A stretch of 64,000 nucleotides of DNA from an uncultured Gemmatimonadales bacterium. Its GTDB lineage: Bacteria; Gemmatimonadota; Gemmatimonadetes; Gemmatimonadales; GWC2-71-9. Positions 19,456 to 30,639 of this stretch are shown one piece after another. Under the pieces are notes generated by a model that was given only the letters and a program-made list of their open reading frames with translations, had not been told where the DNA came from and did no database searches. The translations under genes and the position numbers were made by a program. Numbering within the stretch: position 1 is the first letter of the stretch; the number at the start of each line of letters is the position of its first letter. Location of the stretch: positions 32,001-96,000 of the forward strand of contig CAWGSK010000009.1 in assembly GCA_963825055.1 (NCBI GenBank), in the 5' to 3' direction.

Positions 19456-20486
19456 ACGCCGGTTCCGCACGGCCGACTTCGACTACGAGCTCCCGGAAGA
19501 ACTGATCGCCCAGCGCCCCGCGTCACGGCGGGAGGCGAGCCGCCTGCTCGTCGTCCGGCCCGGTGGCGAGCCCGGGCTCGAGGACCGGCACTTCCCCGAC
19601 CTTGCCGCCCTGGTGGCGCCGGGCGACTGTCTGGTGATCAACACCACTCGCGTGCGGCATGCCCGACTCCTCGGTACCCGGCCGTCGGGCCGGCCGGCCG
19701 AGCTGTTGCTCATCCACCCCGGGGCTGCCGGCGACTGGGTCGCCATGGGAAAACCGGGCAGCGCGCTCCAGCCCGGGAAGCGCATCGCCTTCGGCAGCGA
19801 GGCATCGGCCGAAACACTCGAGGTGCTGCCGGACGGCAACCGCCGTGTGCGCTTTCACGGGATGCCGGTCGAGGAAATCATGGCCCGGTTCGGCCGCCTT
19901 CCGCTGCCGCCTTACATCCGGCACGACCCGGACATCGATGACGAGGAACGCTACCAGACCGTCTACGCCGAGCGCGAGGGAAGCGTCGCGGCGCCGACGG
20001 CGGGACTGCATTTCACGCCTGCCCTGCTGGATACGCTCGCTGGACGGGGTGTGGCCATCGCGCGCATCGACCTCGAGGTCGGGCCCGGCACGTTCCGGCC
20101 GGTCGAGGAGGAAGACCCCGCGGCGCACCCGATGCATCCCGAGCGCTTCGAGATTCCGGAAGAGGCCGCCGTCGTCGTCGCCGCGACCCGGACCGGTGGA
20201 GGACGCGTGTGGGCCGTCGGCACCACGGTCGTCCGCGCGCTGGAGAGTGCCGCGGCAGGCGATGGCGTCCGCCCGGGGCCAGCCACGACAAGCCTCATGA
20301 TCACGCCGGGCTACCGGTTCCGCGTGGTGGATGCCCTGGTTACGAACTTCCACCTGCCGCGGAGCACCCTGCTCATGCTGGTCTCGGCGTTCGCGGGGTA
20401 CGATACGACCATGCAGGCCTATGCCCACGCCGTCCAGGAGCGCTACCGGTTCTATTCGTACGGGGATGCGATGGCGGTGGTGGGGA

Positions 20487-20500
<14 letters not shown>
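19445..20500 (+). CDS. queA: S-adenosylmethionine:tRNA ribosyltransferase-isomerase
   Basis: [47 protein letters not shown]. Confidence 0.97.
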
Positions 20501-22094
<1,594 letters not shown>

Positions 22095-22098
<4 letters not shown>

Positions 22099-22631
22099 GC
22101 CTGCTCCGCCTCCACCTGTACGGCTCGCCGGTCCTGCGCCAGCAGGGCGAGCCCGTCGGTGGGGTCACTGACGAAATCCGGGCCTTCGTGGAAGACCTTT
22201 TCGAGACCATGCACGCCGCCAAGGGCGTCGGCCTGGCCGCGAACCAGGTGGGGGTGGCGCGGAAAGTGGCCGTCGTCGAGGTGGACGGCGAGCGGGTGGT
22301 GCTGATCGACCCGGAAATCATCGAGGCGGAAGGCCGCGACCGCGGCGAGGAAGGCTGCCTCAGCATTCCCGAGATCTTCGGCGAGGTGACCCGGCCCGGG
22401 AAGATCGTGCTCGAAGCCACCGACGAACACGGCACCCGGCGCCGCCGTGAAGCCACCGGCCTGCTCGCGCGCGCGATTCAGCACGAGATGGACCATCTGG
22501 ACGGCATCCTGTTCATCGACCACCTGAGCCCGATGAAGCGCCGCATGCTGATGAATCGCTACCGGCGTGAACACAAGGATGACGCGGGGTATATCCTGGA
22601 GATCGATGCCGCCCAGGCACGCTCAGGATAA
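22095..22631 (+). CDS. def: Peptide deformylase
   Basis: GVGLAANQ, EGCLS, QHEMDHLDG. Confidence 0.96.
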
Positions 22632-23557
22632 TGCGGATCGCTTTCTTCGGGACGCCCGAGTTCGCGGTGCCGTCCCTGCACGCCCTCCTCACCGCAGGTC
22701 TCGACGTCGCCTGCGTCGTCACCCAGCCCGACCGACCCCGCGGCCGCTCCCGCTCCACCCTCTCCGCTTCCCCCGTCAAGGACGCCGCGACCGACCTCGA
22801 CCTGCCGCTGCTGCAGCCCGAGCGCCCGGCGGGCGACGTGTTCCTGGAGACGCTGCGGCGCTACAACACCGACCTCGGGGTGGTGGTGGCCTACGGACAC
22901 ATCCTCCGGCCGGAAGCGCTCGAGGTGCCCCGGATGGGGATGATCAACGTCCACGCCTCCCTCCTGCCGAAGCTGCGCGGCGCGGCGCCGATCGAATGGG
23001 CCATCCTGAACGGCGACCACGAAACCGGCATCTCCATCATGCGGATGACGGCCGGCATGGACAGCGGGCCGGTCATCCGCCGCGAGCACACGCCGATCGG
23101 CAAGACGGAGACCAAGGGCGAACTGCGCTCCCGCCTCGCTCACATGGGCGCGCTCACCCTGGTGGCCAGTCTCACCGATGGCGACGACCTGGCCGGCGCG
23201 CCGCAGGACGACGGCCAGGCGACCCTCGCGCCCAAGATCCACCGGGAACTCTGCCGGCTCGACTGGACCGCCAGCGCCGAGGCCTGCGTCCGGCGCATTC
23301 GCGCGTTCGACCCGGAGCCGGGTGCGTGGGCGGTGCTGGACGGGGAGACGGTGAAGCTGTTTGATGCGCGCGTCTCCAGCAGCGCCGCCGACGCCGCTGC
23401 CCCCGGGACCATCGTGCGCGCCACCGATCGACTGCTCCTCGCGACCGGCGACGGAGCGGTGATCGTGCGCGAGATCCAGCCCGCGGGCCGCCGACGCATG
23501 CCGGTGCCGGACTGGGTCCACGGCCGCGCCTCCCCGGAGGGGCAGCAGTTCACGTGA
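22631..23557 (+). CDS. fmt: Methionyl-tRNA formyltransferase
   Basis: FFGTPEFA, VTQPDRP, NVHASLLPKLRGAAPI, MDSG. Confidence 0.96.
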   Translation: MRIAFFGTPEFAVPSLHALLTAGLDVACVVTQPDRPRGRSRSTLSASPVKDAATDLDLPLLQPERPAGDVFLETLRRYNTDLGVVVAYGHILRPEALEVPRMGMINVHASLLPKLRGAAPIEWAILNGDHETGISIMRMTAGMDSGPVIRREHTPIGKTETKGELRSRLAHMGALTLVASLTDGDDLAGAPQDDGQATLAPKIHRELCRLDWTASAEACVRRIRAFDPEPGAWAVLDGETVKLFDARVSSSAADAAAPGTIVRATDRLLLATGDGAVIVREIQPAGRRRMPVPDWVHGRASPEGQQFT

Positions 23558-24177
23558 GGCCGCTCCCCCGGGTCCACGCCGTGACGGACCGGGCGGTGCT
23601 GGCGCTCGAGGACCTCGGCGTGCGGGTTGCCGCCATTGCCGCCGCCGGACCGGTTGTCGCCCTGCACGTGCGGGACCATGAGGCGGGCGGAGCCGTGCTG
23701 GCCGCGGCCGCGAGGCGCTTCCTTGCGCTCGCCCGTCCGCCGGAGGCCGCCGTCATCGTGAACGGGCACCCCGACATCGCCGCCGCACTGGGAGCGCAGG
23801 GCGCGCAGCTCGGCGCGACGGACCTGAGCCCCGATGACGCCCGCCGGGTCATGCCGCACGGCTGGCTCGGCGCCTCCGTGCACTCGCTGGAGGAAGCCGA
23901 GCGGGTCCGGGATGGAGTGGATTTCTTCGTGGCAGGTTCTCTCTATGAAACCCCCACGCATCCCGGGCGGCCCGGCCAGGGGCCGGCGCTGGTGGAATCG
24001 ATCGCCCGGCTCGGGCGTCCGGTGATTGCCATTGGTGGCGTGACGATCGAACGGCTGCCCGAACTCCGCGATGCCGGCGCATGGGGCGCCGCGGCAATCC
24101 GCGCCCTGTGGCTCGCACCCGACCCGGCCGCGGCCGCCCTCGCCTTTGCCGAGCCCTGGATGGCGGACGATGCCTGA
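23554..24177 (+). CDS. thiE: Thiamine-phosphate synthase family protein (ThiE/TenI-like)
   Basis: GASVHS, YETPTHPG, PVIAIGG; adjacent to thiS and thiG. Confidence 0.75.
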   Translation: MRPLPRVHAVTDRAVLALEDLGVRVAAIAAAGPVVALHVRDHEAGGAVLAAAARRFLALARPPEAAVIVNGHPDIAAALGAQGAQLGATDLSPDDARRVMPHGWLGASVHSLEEAERVRDGVDFFVAGSLYETPTHPGRPGQGPALVESIARLGRPVIAIGGVTIERLPELRDAGAWGAAAIRALWLAPDPAAAALAFAEPWMADDA

Positions 24178-24379
24178 AATCACCCTCACCGTAAACGGCG
24201 ACCGCCGGACCATCCCTGGCCCCGCCACCCTGGCGGACCTGCTCCGCCGCCTCGACCTCGACCCGCGCATGGTGGTGGTGGAGCGCAACCGGAGCATCGT
24301 GCGGAAAGACGCCCTGCCGGACACTCCGGTGGCGGACGGGGACGTCATCGAGATCGTGCATTTCGTGGGCGGGGGGTAG
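24170..24379 (+). CDS. thiS: Sulfur carrier protein ThiS
   Basis: 69 aa; VNG, VVERN, C-terminal IVHFVGGG. Confidence 0.93.
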   Translation: MPEITLTVNGDRRTIPGPATLADLLRRLDLDPRMVVVERNRSIVRKDALPDTPVADGDVIEIVHFVGGG

Positions 24380-24465
24380 TGGTGAGCGGTGAGCCAGTAA
24401 GGGATCACCGCCCGCATGGAGTCAAGCCCTGCAACCCGTTCACCGTTTACCGTTTACCGCTCACG
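24376..24465. repeat. Inverted heptamer arrays (GGTGAGC)~3 ... (TTYACCG)~4 between thiS and thiG
   Basis: GTGGTGAGCGGTGAGC on the left; TTCACCGTTTACCGTTTACCGCTCAC on the right. Confidence 0.75.
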
Positions 24466-24492
24466 CTTTGTTTTTCCCCTTATCTTTCCCTC

Positions 24493-25290
24493 ATGGCTAC
24501 GACACTCCACACCCGCACCGACTCCCCGCTGGAAATCGGGGGCCGTACCTTCACTTCCCGGCTGCTCGCAGGTACCGGCAAGTACCCGGACAACGCCAGC
24601 ATGGTGGCCGCCCTGGAGGCATCCGGCACCGAGGTGGTCACCGTCGCCGTGCGCAGGGTGGACCTTGACCGCTCGAAGGAAGAGGGGATGCTGTATCACC
24701 TCGACCCCAGGCGGTGGTTCCTGCTGGCCAACACGGCCGGCTGCTACACCGCCGACGAGGCGATGCGCTATGCGCGGCTCGCACGCGAGGCCGGGTTCAA
24801 CGAGTTCATCAAGCTCGAAGTCATCGGCGACCAGGAGACCCTCCTGCCCGATACCGCCGGCCTCCTGGAGGCGACCCGGACGCTGGCCGGCGAGGGATTC
24901 AAGGTCATGGCGTACACCAATGACGACCTCGTCACGGCCCTCCGGCTGGAGGACGCCGGCGCCGCGGCCGTCATGCCCCTCGCCTCACCCATCGGCAGCG
25001 GACTCGGCCTGCTCAACCCGTTCAGCATCCGCACCATCAAGCACCGGCTCGGCGTGCCCGTGATCGTGGACGCCGGTGTCGGCAGCGCTTCCGACGCGTG
25101 CATTACGATGGAGCAGGGCGTGGACGGAATCCTGATGAACACCGCACTGGCCCAGGCTGCCGATCCGGTCGCCATGGCCACCGCGATGCGGCTCGCGGTG
25201 CAGGCGGGCCGGCTGTCGTGGATGGCGGGGCGCATGCCACGCCGCGAGGTCGCGGTGCCGTCCTCCCCGACCGGGGGCATGCTGGACTGA
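24493..25290 (+). CDS. thiG: Thiazole synthase
   Basis: SRLLAGTGKY, NTAGC, IKLEVIGD, MPLASPIGSGLG, VDAGVG. Confidence 0.96.
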   Translation: MATTLHTRTDSPLEIGGRTFTSRLLAGTGKYPDNASMVAALEASGTEVVTVAVRRVDLDRSKEEGMLYHLDPRRWFLLANTAGCYTADEAMRYARLAREAGFNEFIKLEVIGDQETLLPDTAGLLEATRTLAGEGFKVMAYTNDDLVTALRLEDAGAAAVMPLASPIGSGLGLLNPFSIRTIKHRLGVPVIVDAGVGSASDACITMEQGVDGILMNTALAQAADPVAMATAMRLAVQAGRLSWMAGRMPRREVAVPSSPTGGMLD

Positions 25291-26579
25291 CGGCCCCGGA
25301 AACCGGCGGGGCCACCCGGTCGCGCGCCGCCGCCCTCGCGATCCTGGGCGATGTCCGCTCGGGGACCCCGCTCGACCTGGCACTGGACCGCCGGGCTGCC
25401 GGGCTCGACGACGCCGACCGGCGGCTCGCCCAGGAACTCTCCGCCGGTGTCATCCGGCACCGGTCCCTCCTCGACCACGAACTCGCCCCGCTTGCCACCC
25501 AGGGCTGGGACAGCGTCGACCCCGGCATTGCTGACGTGCTCCGGCTCGGACTCTACCAGCTTCGCTATCTGGACCGCATCCCCCCGCACGCCGCGGTCAG
25601 CACCAGCGTGGAACTGGCGCGCAGCGTGGCGCCAAGGGCCGCCGGTTTCACCAACGCCGTCCTCCGCCGCCTCATCCGGCAACGCCCCACGTCCCCGCCC
25701 GGCGATCTCGCGACCCTCCATTCCCACCCGGCCTGGCTGGTGGAACGCTGGGTGGCCCGCTTCGGCGAAGAGGCGACGCGCGAGCTGCTCGAATGGAACA
25801 ACCGGCGACCCTCGCTCGTGCTCCAGCCGGCCCGGGTCGACATGACCGAACTGGGCCGCCGGCTCCGGGCGGGCGGCATCGAGGTGACGGAGGCACCCTT
25901 CGGCGCGGGTTGGGTGGTGGAAGGAGGGTCGCCGCGCGACATGCCGGGCTATGCCTCCGGTGACTTTTACGTGCAGGACCCGGCCCATGCCCTGGTGGCA
26001 CGCATGGCGGACGTGCCGCCGGGGACCCTGGTGTACGACGCGGCCGCCGCTCCCGGCGGCAAGGCCCTCGCACTGGACTCGACCGGGGCGCGCGTGCTGG
26101 CGGGAGACGTGAGCCGGTCGAGGGCACGCCGGGTGGCGGAGAATCTCGCGCGGGCAGGCAGCGGGCACTCATGGCCCGTCGTCGCTGATGCCATGCATCC
26201 CCCACTCCGGGAGACCGGCGCGGTGCTGCTGGACGCGCCCTGCCTCGGCACCGGCACGCTGGCCCGCCATCCAGATGCCCGGTGGCGGGTGACCCCCGAA
26301 GCGCTGGAGGCACTGGCCCGCCGCCAGGCACGCCTGCTTGACGCCCTCGCCGGTCTCATCCCGAGCGGAGGGTGGTTAACTTACGCCACCTGTTCACTGG
26401 AGCCAGAGGAGAACGCGTGCCAGGTCAAGAGTTTCCTGGACGGCCACCCGTCGTTCAGGAGGGATCCGCCGGCGAACCTGCCGCCGGAACTGCTGAGCCC
26501 GGACGGCGACCTGGAGATCCTGCCGCAGATCCACGGGATGGACGGAGCCTGGGCCACGAGGCTGCGCCGCGTGGCATGA
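25287..26579 (+). CDS. rsmB: 16S rRNA m5C967 methyltransferase RsmB/Sun (NusB-like + MTase); probable CTG start
   Basis: LRLGLYQL, FTNAVLR, SHPAWLV, AAPGGK, DAPCLGTG, YATCS, DG motifs. Confidence 0.88.
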   Translation: MTAPETGGATRSRAAALAILGDVRSGTPLDLALDRRAAGLDDADRRLAQELSAGVIRHRSLLDHELAPLATQGWDSVDPGIADVLRLGLYQLRYLDRIPPHAAVSTSVELARSVAPRAAGFTNAVLRRLIRQRPTSPPGDLATLHSHPAWLVERWVARFGEEATRELLEWNNRRPSLVLQPARVDMTELGRRLRAGGIEVTEAPFGAGWVVEGGSPRDMPGYASGDFYVQDPAHALVARMADVPPGTLVYDAAAAPGGKALALDSTGARVLAGDVSRSRARRVAENLARAGSGHSWPVVADAMHPPLRETGAVLLDAPCLGTGTLARHPDARWRVTPEALEALARRQARLLDALAGLIPSGGWLTYATCSLEPEENACQVKSFLDGHPSFRRDPPANLPPELLSPDGDLEILPQIHGMDGAWATRLRRVA

Positions 26580-27337
26580 GGGTGCGGCGCCACACGGCGT
26601 CGCCGGCCCTCGCGGGCCCCAGGGGCAGGCGCATCCTGCTGATTGCGGGTGTCATCGTGGGCACGTTCGTGGCCGGGTACCTCATCGCGGCGCTGTTCAT
26701 CTTTCCCGCGCCCATGTTCACCGGCGGTACCCCGCTGCCTCGCGTGCTCGACCTCGAGCGCGCGGAGGCACAGCAGAAACTCACGGATGCCGGGTTCCGG
26801 GTCCGCTTTACGGCGGAAATTCCCGACCCGCGCCGTTCCGCCGGACGGATCGTCTGGCAGGATCCCGCGCCGGGCACCATCCTGCCGGAGGGAAGCGCCG
26901 TGCGCCTGACGCCGAGCGCCGGCCCGTCGCAGATCACCCTGCCGGACCTCGCAGGGCTCGACGTCACCGAGGCGAGCCGCATCCTGAACGTGCTCGGGCT
27001 CGAGGCCGCCATCGAGGACTCGGTCACCTCGGGCACCGATGCCGGCACCGTCCTCGCCACCCGGCCGGGCCCGGGCGCGGCCCGTGCGAGCGGCTCGCGC
27101 ATCGGGCTGGTGGTGAGCAGCGGCGAGGCCCCACGCGCCGTGCCGGACGTGATGGGGCGCTCGCTGGAACAGGCGCGCGCCGCGCTCGAAACCGCCGGGC
27201 TGCGTGTCGGCCGGGTTACCTCTGGTTTCCTGCCGCAGTCCGAGGGCCGCGTGGTGCAGCAGGTGCCGGCGGCGGGCACGCGCCTCGCGCCGGACGGCAC
27301 CGTGGACCTGGTCATTGACCGTGAGGGTAGCCTGTGA
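26576..27337 (+). CDS. Membrane-anchored PASTA-domain protein (3 repeats, no kinase domain)
   Basis: One TM helix followed by repeats LPRVLDL/LPDLAGL/VPDVMGR ... Q.P.PG..V.L..S.G. Confidence 0.85.
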   Translation: MRVRRHTASPALAGPRGRRILLIAGVIVGTFVAGYLIAALFIFPAPMFTGGTPLPRVLDLERAEAQQKLTDAGFRVRFTAEIPDPRRSAGRIVWQDPAPGTILPEGSAVRLTPSAGPSQITLPDLAGLDVTEASRILNVLGLEAAIEDSVTSGTDAGTVLATRPGPGAARASGSRIGLVVSSGEAPRAVPDVMGRSLEQARAALETAGLRVGRVTSGFLPQSEGRVVQQVPAAGTRLAPDGTVDLVIDREGSL

Positions 27338-27999
27338 GCGCCCGTATCGCCCCGAGCATCCTGAGTGCCGACCTCTCCCGCCTCGCGGAGGAGGTGGAGA
27401 CCGTCGTGGACGGGGGAGCCGACTGGCTGCACGTCGACGTGATGGACGGTGCGTTCGTTCCGAACCTGACGTTCGGCGCCCCCGTGATCCGCGCCCTCCG
27501 CAAGCTGACCGACCTGCCGCTGGACGTGCACCTGATGGTGGAGCACCCCGAGCGCTACATCGACGCGTTCGCGGATGCCGGCGCCTCGACCTTCACCTTC
27601 CACCCGGAGGCGACCATCCACGTGCAGCGGCACCTGGCGCGCGTCAGGGAGCACGGGATGCTCGCCGGACTGGCGCTCAATCCCGCGACCCCGCTCGCGG
27701 CAGTGGAGGAGGTCGTGGGCGACCTGGACCTGTTGCTCGTGATGTCGGTGAACCCCGGGTACGGTGGCCAGCGGTACCTGCCCGCCGCCACCGGGAAGAT
27801 CGCGCGGGCCCGCGCGCTGCTCGATGCGCGCGGCTCCGGAGCCATCCTCGAAGTGGACGGTGGCATCACCACCGATACGATCGGCGACGCGTGGGGGGCC
27901 GGCGCCCGCATGTTCGTGGCCGGAACCGCGGTCTTCGGGGCGGATGACCCCGCCGCGGCAGTGGGACACCTGAAACGCCAGTGTGGAATGAAGGTCTGA
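27334..27999 (+). CDS. rpe: Ribulose-phosphate 3-epimerase
   Basis: IAPSILSAD, HVDVMDG.FVPN, DVHLM, MSVNPG.GGQ, EVDGG. Confidence 0.97.
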   Translation: MSARIAPSILSADLSRLAEEVETVVDGGADWLHVDVMDGAFVPNLTFGAPVIRALRKLTDLPLDVHLMVEHPERYIDAFADAGASTFTFHPEATIHVQRHLARVREHGMLAGLALNPATPLAAVEEVVGDLDLLLVMSVNPGYGGQRYLPAATGKIARARALLDARGSGAILEVDGGITTDTIGDAWGAGARMFVAGTAVFGADDPAAAVGHLKRQCGMKV

Positions 28000-28002
28000 C
28001 GC

Positions 28003-28605
28003 ATGAGGCAATGGATCATCGTGGCGCTGCTGGTCGCCGCGCTCGGCGCGGCGGGATACGCCCTGGTACACTTCAGCCCCGACAGCACGCCCGTAGGGGT
28101 GGGATCGACGGTGCCGGACTTCGATGTCGTGAACGTCCGGACCGGGGACACGCTCTCGCTCCACGACGAGTACGGCGGCTCGGTCACCCTGATCAACATC
28201 TGGGCGACCTGGTGCGTGCCCTGCCGGGTCGAGATGCCCGCCATGCAGGCAGTGTACGACTCGCTCCGGGGATCGGGATTCCGGATCGCGGCGGTGAGCA
28301 TTGACCAGACCAGCCCGACCGGCGTCATGGAGTTCGCCGACGACCTCGGGCTCACCTTCGACATCCTGCAGGACCGCACCACCGAGATCCAGCAGTCCTA
28401 CCGGACCACGGGCGTACCTGAGAGCTTCCTGGTGAATCGCAACGGCATCATCGTCAAGCGGATCATCGGCGCCCAGGACTGGAACTCCCCGCTCAACCGA
28501 TCGCTCATCCGCCGCCTGCTGGAGGATGGCCATGGGGGCGGCGGGTCCGTGCCCGCCATCCCGGGCGGGGACACCGCGCAGGCCGTGCCGCTCCACGGAT
28601 CGTGA
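28003..28605 (+). CDS. TlpA/ResA-like thiol:disulfide oxidoreductase
   Basis: N-terminal TM; NIWATWCVPCRVEMP; GVPESF. Confidence 0.9.
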   Translation: MRQWIIVALLVAALGAAGYALVHFSPDSTPVGVGSTVPDFDVVNVRTGDTLSLHDEYGGSVTLINIWATWCVPCRVEMPAMQAVYDSLRGSGFRIAAVSIDQTSPTGVMEFADDLGLTFDILQDRTTEIQQSYRTTGVPESFLVNRNGIIVKRIIGAQDWNSPLNRSLIRRLLEDGHGGGGSVPAIPGGDTAQAVPLHGS

Positions 28606-29645
28606 CCACGCTACTCGCCCTCGAAACGTCGTGTGACGAGACGTCCGCGGCCGTGCTGCGGGCCAACGGGGGCCGCCCGAGCCTCGACGGACTCGTGATC
28701 CTCTCCCAGGACGTGCACCGCGTGTTCGGTGGCGTCGTGCCCGAGCTCGCCAGCCGGGCCCACCTCAAGACCATCGGTGCCGTGGTGGACCATGCCCTGC
28801 GCGAGGCCGACACCACCCTGGATGATCTCGACGCGATCGTCGTGACGGCCGGACCCGGCCTCGTCGGCGCGCTGCTGGTCGGCGTGATGTACGGCAAGGG
28901 CCTCGCATTCGCGCGCGGCCTCCCGCTCCTCGGGGTGCATCACCTGGAAGGCCATCTCTTCGCGCCCACCCTGGAAGGCGAGGTTCACCCGCCGTTCGTG
29001 GGGCTCCTTGTGAGTGGCGGCCATACCCTGCTGCTGGACGTCCGCGACTGGGGCGACTACCGGCTGCTCGGCCAGACCCGCGATGACGCGGCCGGCGAGG
29101 CGTTCGACAAGGTCGCGAAGCTTCTGGGGCTCCCCTATCCAGGCGGGCCCGCGATCGAGCGCCTCGCCGCCCAGGGCCGCCCGGGCCGGTTCAACCTTCC
29201 GCGCCCGATGCTGCAGGAACTCCGGGAACCGGGGCCGGCGCAGTACGAGTTCTCCTTCAGCGGCCTCAAGACAGCAGTGCTCCGCGCAGTCCAGGCCGGC
29301 GCGCCGGACGAGGCCGCCCGGGCCGACCTCGCACGCGCTTTCCAGGACGCCGTCATCGAGGTGCTGGTGGAAAAGACCGCGCACGCCGCCGAGGCACTCG
29401 GGTATCCGACGGTCATGGCCGGCGGCGGTGTCGCCTGCAACCGGACGCTGGTCAGCCGCCTCCAGGAGCGACTGCCCGGGCACCAGGTCGCCGTGGCTTC
29501 CCCGCGGCTCAACACCGACAACGCCGCGATGATCGGCGCCGCCGGGGCCTGGCGGCTCTCGCGGGGCGAGCGAAGCGACTGGTCGCTCGAGCCCCGTTCG
29601 GACCTCCCCTTCCCCGGCCTCACCCTCCAGGACGCGAGCACCTGA
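28602..29645 (+). CDS. tsaD: tRNA N6-adenosine threonylcarbamoyltransferase
   Basis: LETSCDET, GGVVPELASRAH, HHLEGH, DDAAGEAFDK, TDNAAMI. Confidence 0.97.
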   Translation: MTTLLALETSCDETSAAVLRANGGRPSLDGLVILSQDVHRVFGGVVPELASRAHLKTIGAVVDHALREADTTLDDLDAIVVTAGPGLVGALLVGVMYGKGLAFARGLPLLGVHHLEGHLFAPTLEGEVHPPFVGLLVSGGHTLLLDVRDWGDYRLLGQTRDDAAGEAFDKVAKLLGLPYPGGPAIERLAAQGRPGRFNLPRPMLQELREPGPAQYEFSFSGLKTAVLRAVQAGAPDEAARADLARAFQDAVIEVLVEKTAHAAEALGYPTVMAGGGVACNRTLVSRLQERLPGHQVAVASPRLNTDNAAMIGAAGAWRLSRGERSDWSLEPRSDLPFPGLTLQDAST

Positions 29646-30499
29646 TGCACGATGCCGTCACGATCTACCCGTTCATCATTCACCTCGGCCCGCTCGAGGT
29701 GACCGGATACGGCATCATGATGATGGTGGGCTTCCTGATGGGCGGCTGGCTCATCGCGCGGGAACTGCGGCGGCGCGGCCTGCGGGAGGACTACGCCGCG
29801 GATATCACCGTCGCGGCCGTGATCGGCGGGGTGGTGGGCGCCAAGCTCTGGTTCGTCGCCATCAGCGGCGACCCGGGTGCCCTGCTCTCCCGCGGCGGGC
29901 TGGTGTGGTACGGCGGGTTTGTCGGCGGCGCGGCGGCGGTCGCAATCAACGGCTGGCGCCACCGGGTGCCGCTGCGCTGGACGGCCCACCTTGTGGCGCC
30001 GGCGCTCGCGGCAGCGTACGCGCTGGGACGGGTAGGCTGCTTCCTGGTGAATGACGACTACGGCCGGCCAACGACGCTGCCCTGGGCAGTGAAGTTCCCC
30101 GCGGGCCTTCCGCCGTCCACCGCGGCCAACATGCAGTCGCTCTTCGGCATCCCCGTGCCCACGGGCACCGCACCGAACACCGTCCTGGCGGTGCACCCGA
30201 CCCAGATCTACGAAGTCCTCGCCATGCTCGTCGTGTTCGCCATCCTCTGGAAGTGGCGGCTCCGGAGCTGGGGGATCGGGGCGCTCTTCGGCGCCTACCT
30301 CGTGTTCGCCGGGCTGGAGCGTTTCCTGGTGGAGTTCGTGCGCGCCAAGGACGACCGGCTCCTCGGACCGTTCACCGTGGCCCAGGCCACCAGCGTGCTG
30401 CTGGTCCTGATCGGGCTGGCGCTCTGGCTCCGCCTCAAGGACGCCGCCGATCCGGACCCGGGGCAGTACCTTTCCAGCCGCCCGGAGACGTCCGGCTGA
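29645..30499 (+). CDS. lgt: Prolipoprotein diacylglyceryl transferase
   Basis: GGLVWYGG, GRVGCF, HPTQIYE, RFLVEFVR. Confidence 0.93.
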   Translation: MHDAVTIYPFIIHLGPLEVTGYGIMMMVGFLMGGWLIARELRRRGLREDYAADITVAAVIGGVVGAKLWFVAISGDPGALLSRGGLVWYGGFVGGAAAVAINGWRHRVPLRWTAHLVAPALAAAYALGRVGCFLVNDDYGRPTTLPWAVKFPAGLPPSTAANMQSLFGIPVPTGTAPNTVLAVHPTQIYEVLAMLVVFAILWKWRLRSWGIGALFGAYLVFAGLERFLVEFVRAKDDRLLGPFTVAQATSVLLVLIGLALWLRLKDAADPDPGQYLSSRPETSG

Positions 30500-30544
30500 C
30501 CCCTCTGGTCATCTGCGACAATCCCTGAAATTTGTCCGTGCCCG

Positions 30545-30571
30545 ATCCGCCCCCACCCGGGGGCGGATTTC
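30545..30571 (+). terminator. Probable terminator hairpin of the operon ending in lgt
   Basis: ATCCGCCCCC-ACCC-GGGGGCGGAT, a 10-bp perfect stem followed by a short T run. Confidence 0.6.
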
Positions 30572-30612
30572 ACATGTACTTTTATTACAATGACTTACGG
30601 GCTTGGTTTCTG

Positions 30613-30628
30613 CTGGCACCATACCTGC
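30613..30628 (+). promoter_or_regulatory. Sigma-54 (RpoN) -24/-12 promoter
   Basis: CTGGCAC-CATAC-CTGC with exact GG-N10-GC spacing; AT-rich IHF-like CAA-N4-TTA at 30588-30597; palindrome GACAA-N10-TTGTC at 30517-30536. Confidence 0.72.
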
Positions 30629-30639
30629 GACAGGGATGG

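Noticed and set aside
24380..24492. TPP riboswitch between thiS and thiG
   Set aside because: No CTGAGA...ACCTG core; the region is explained by inverted heptamer arms and a TATCTT -10-like box.
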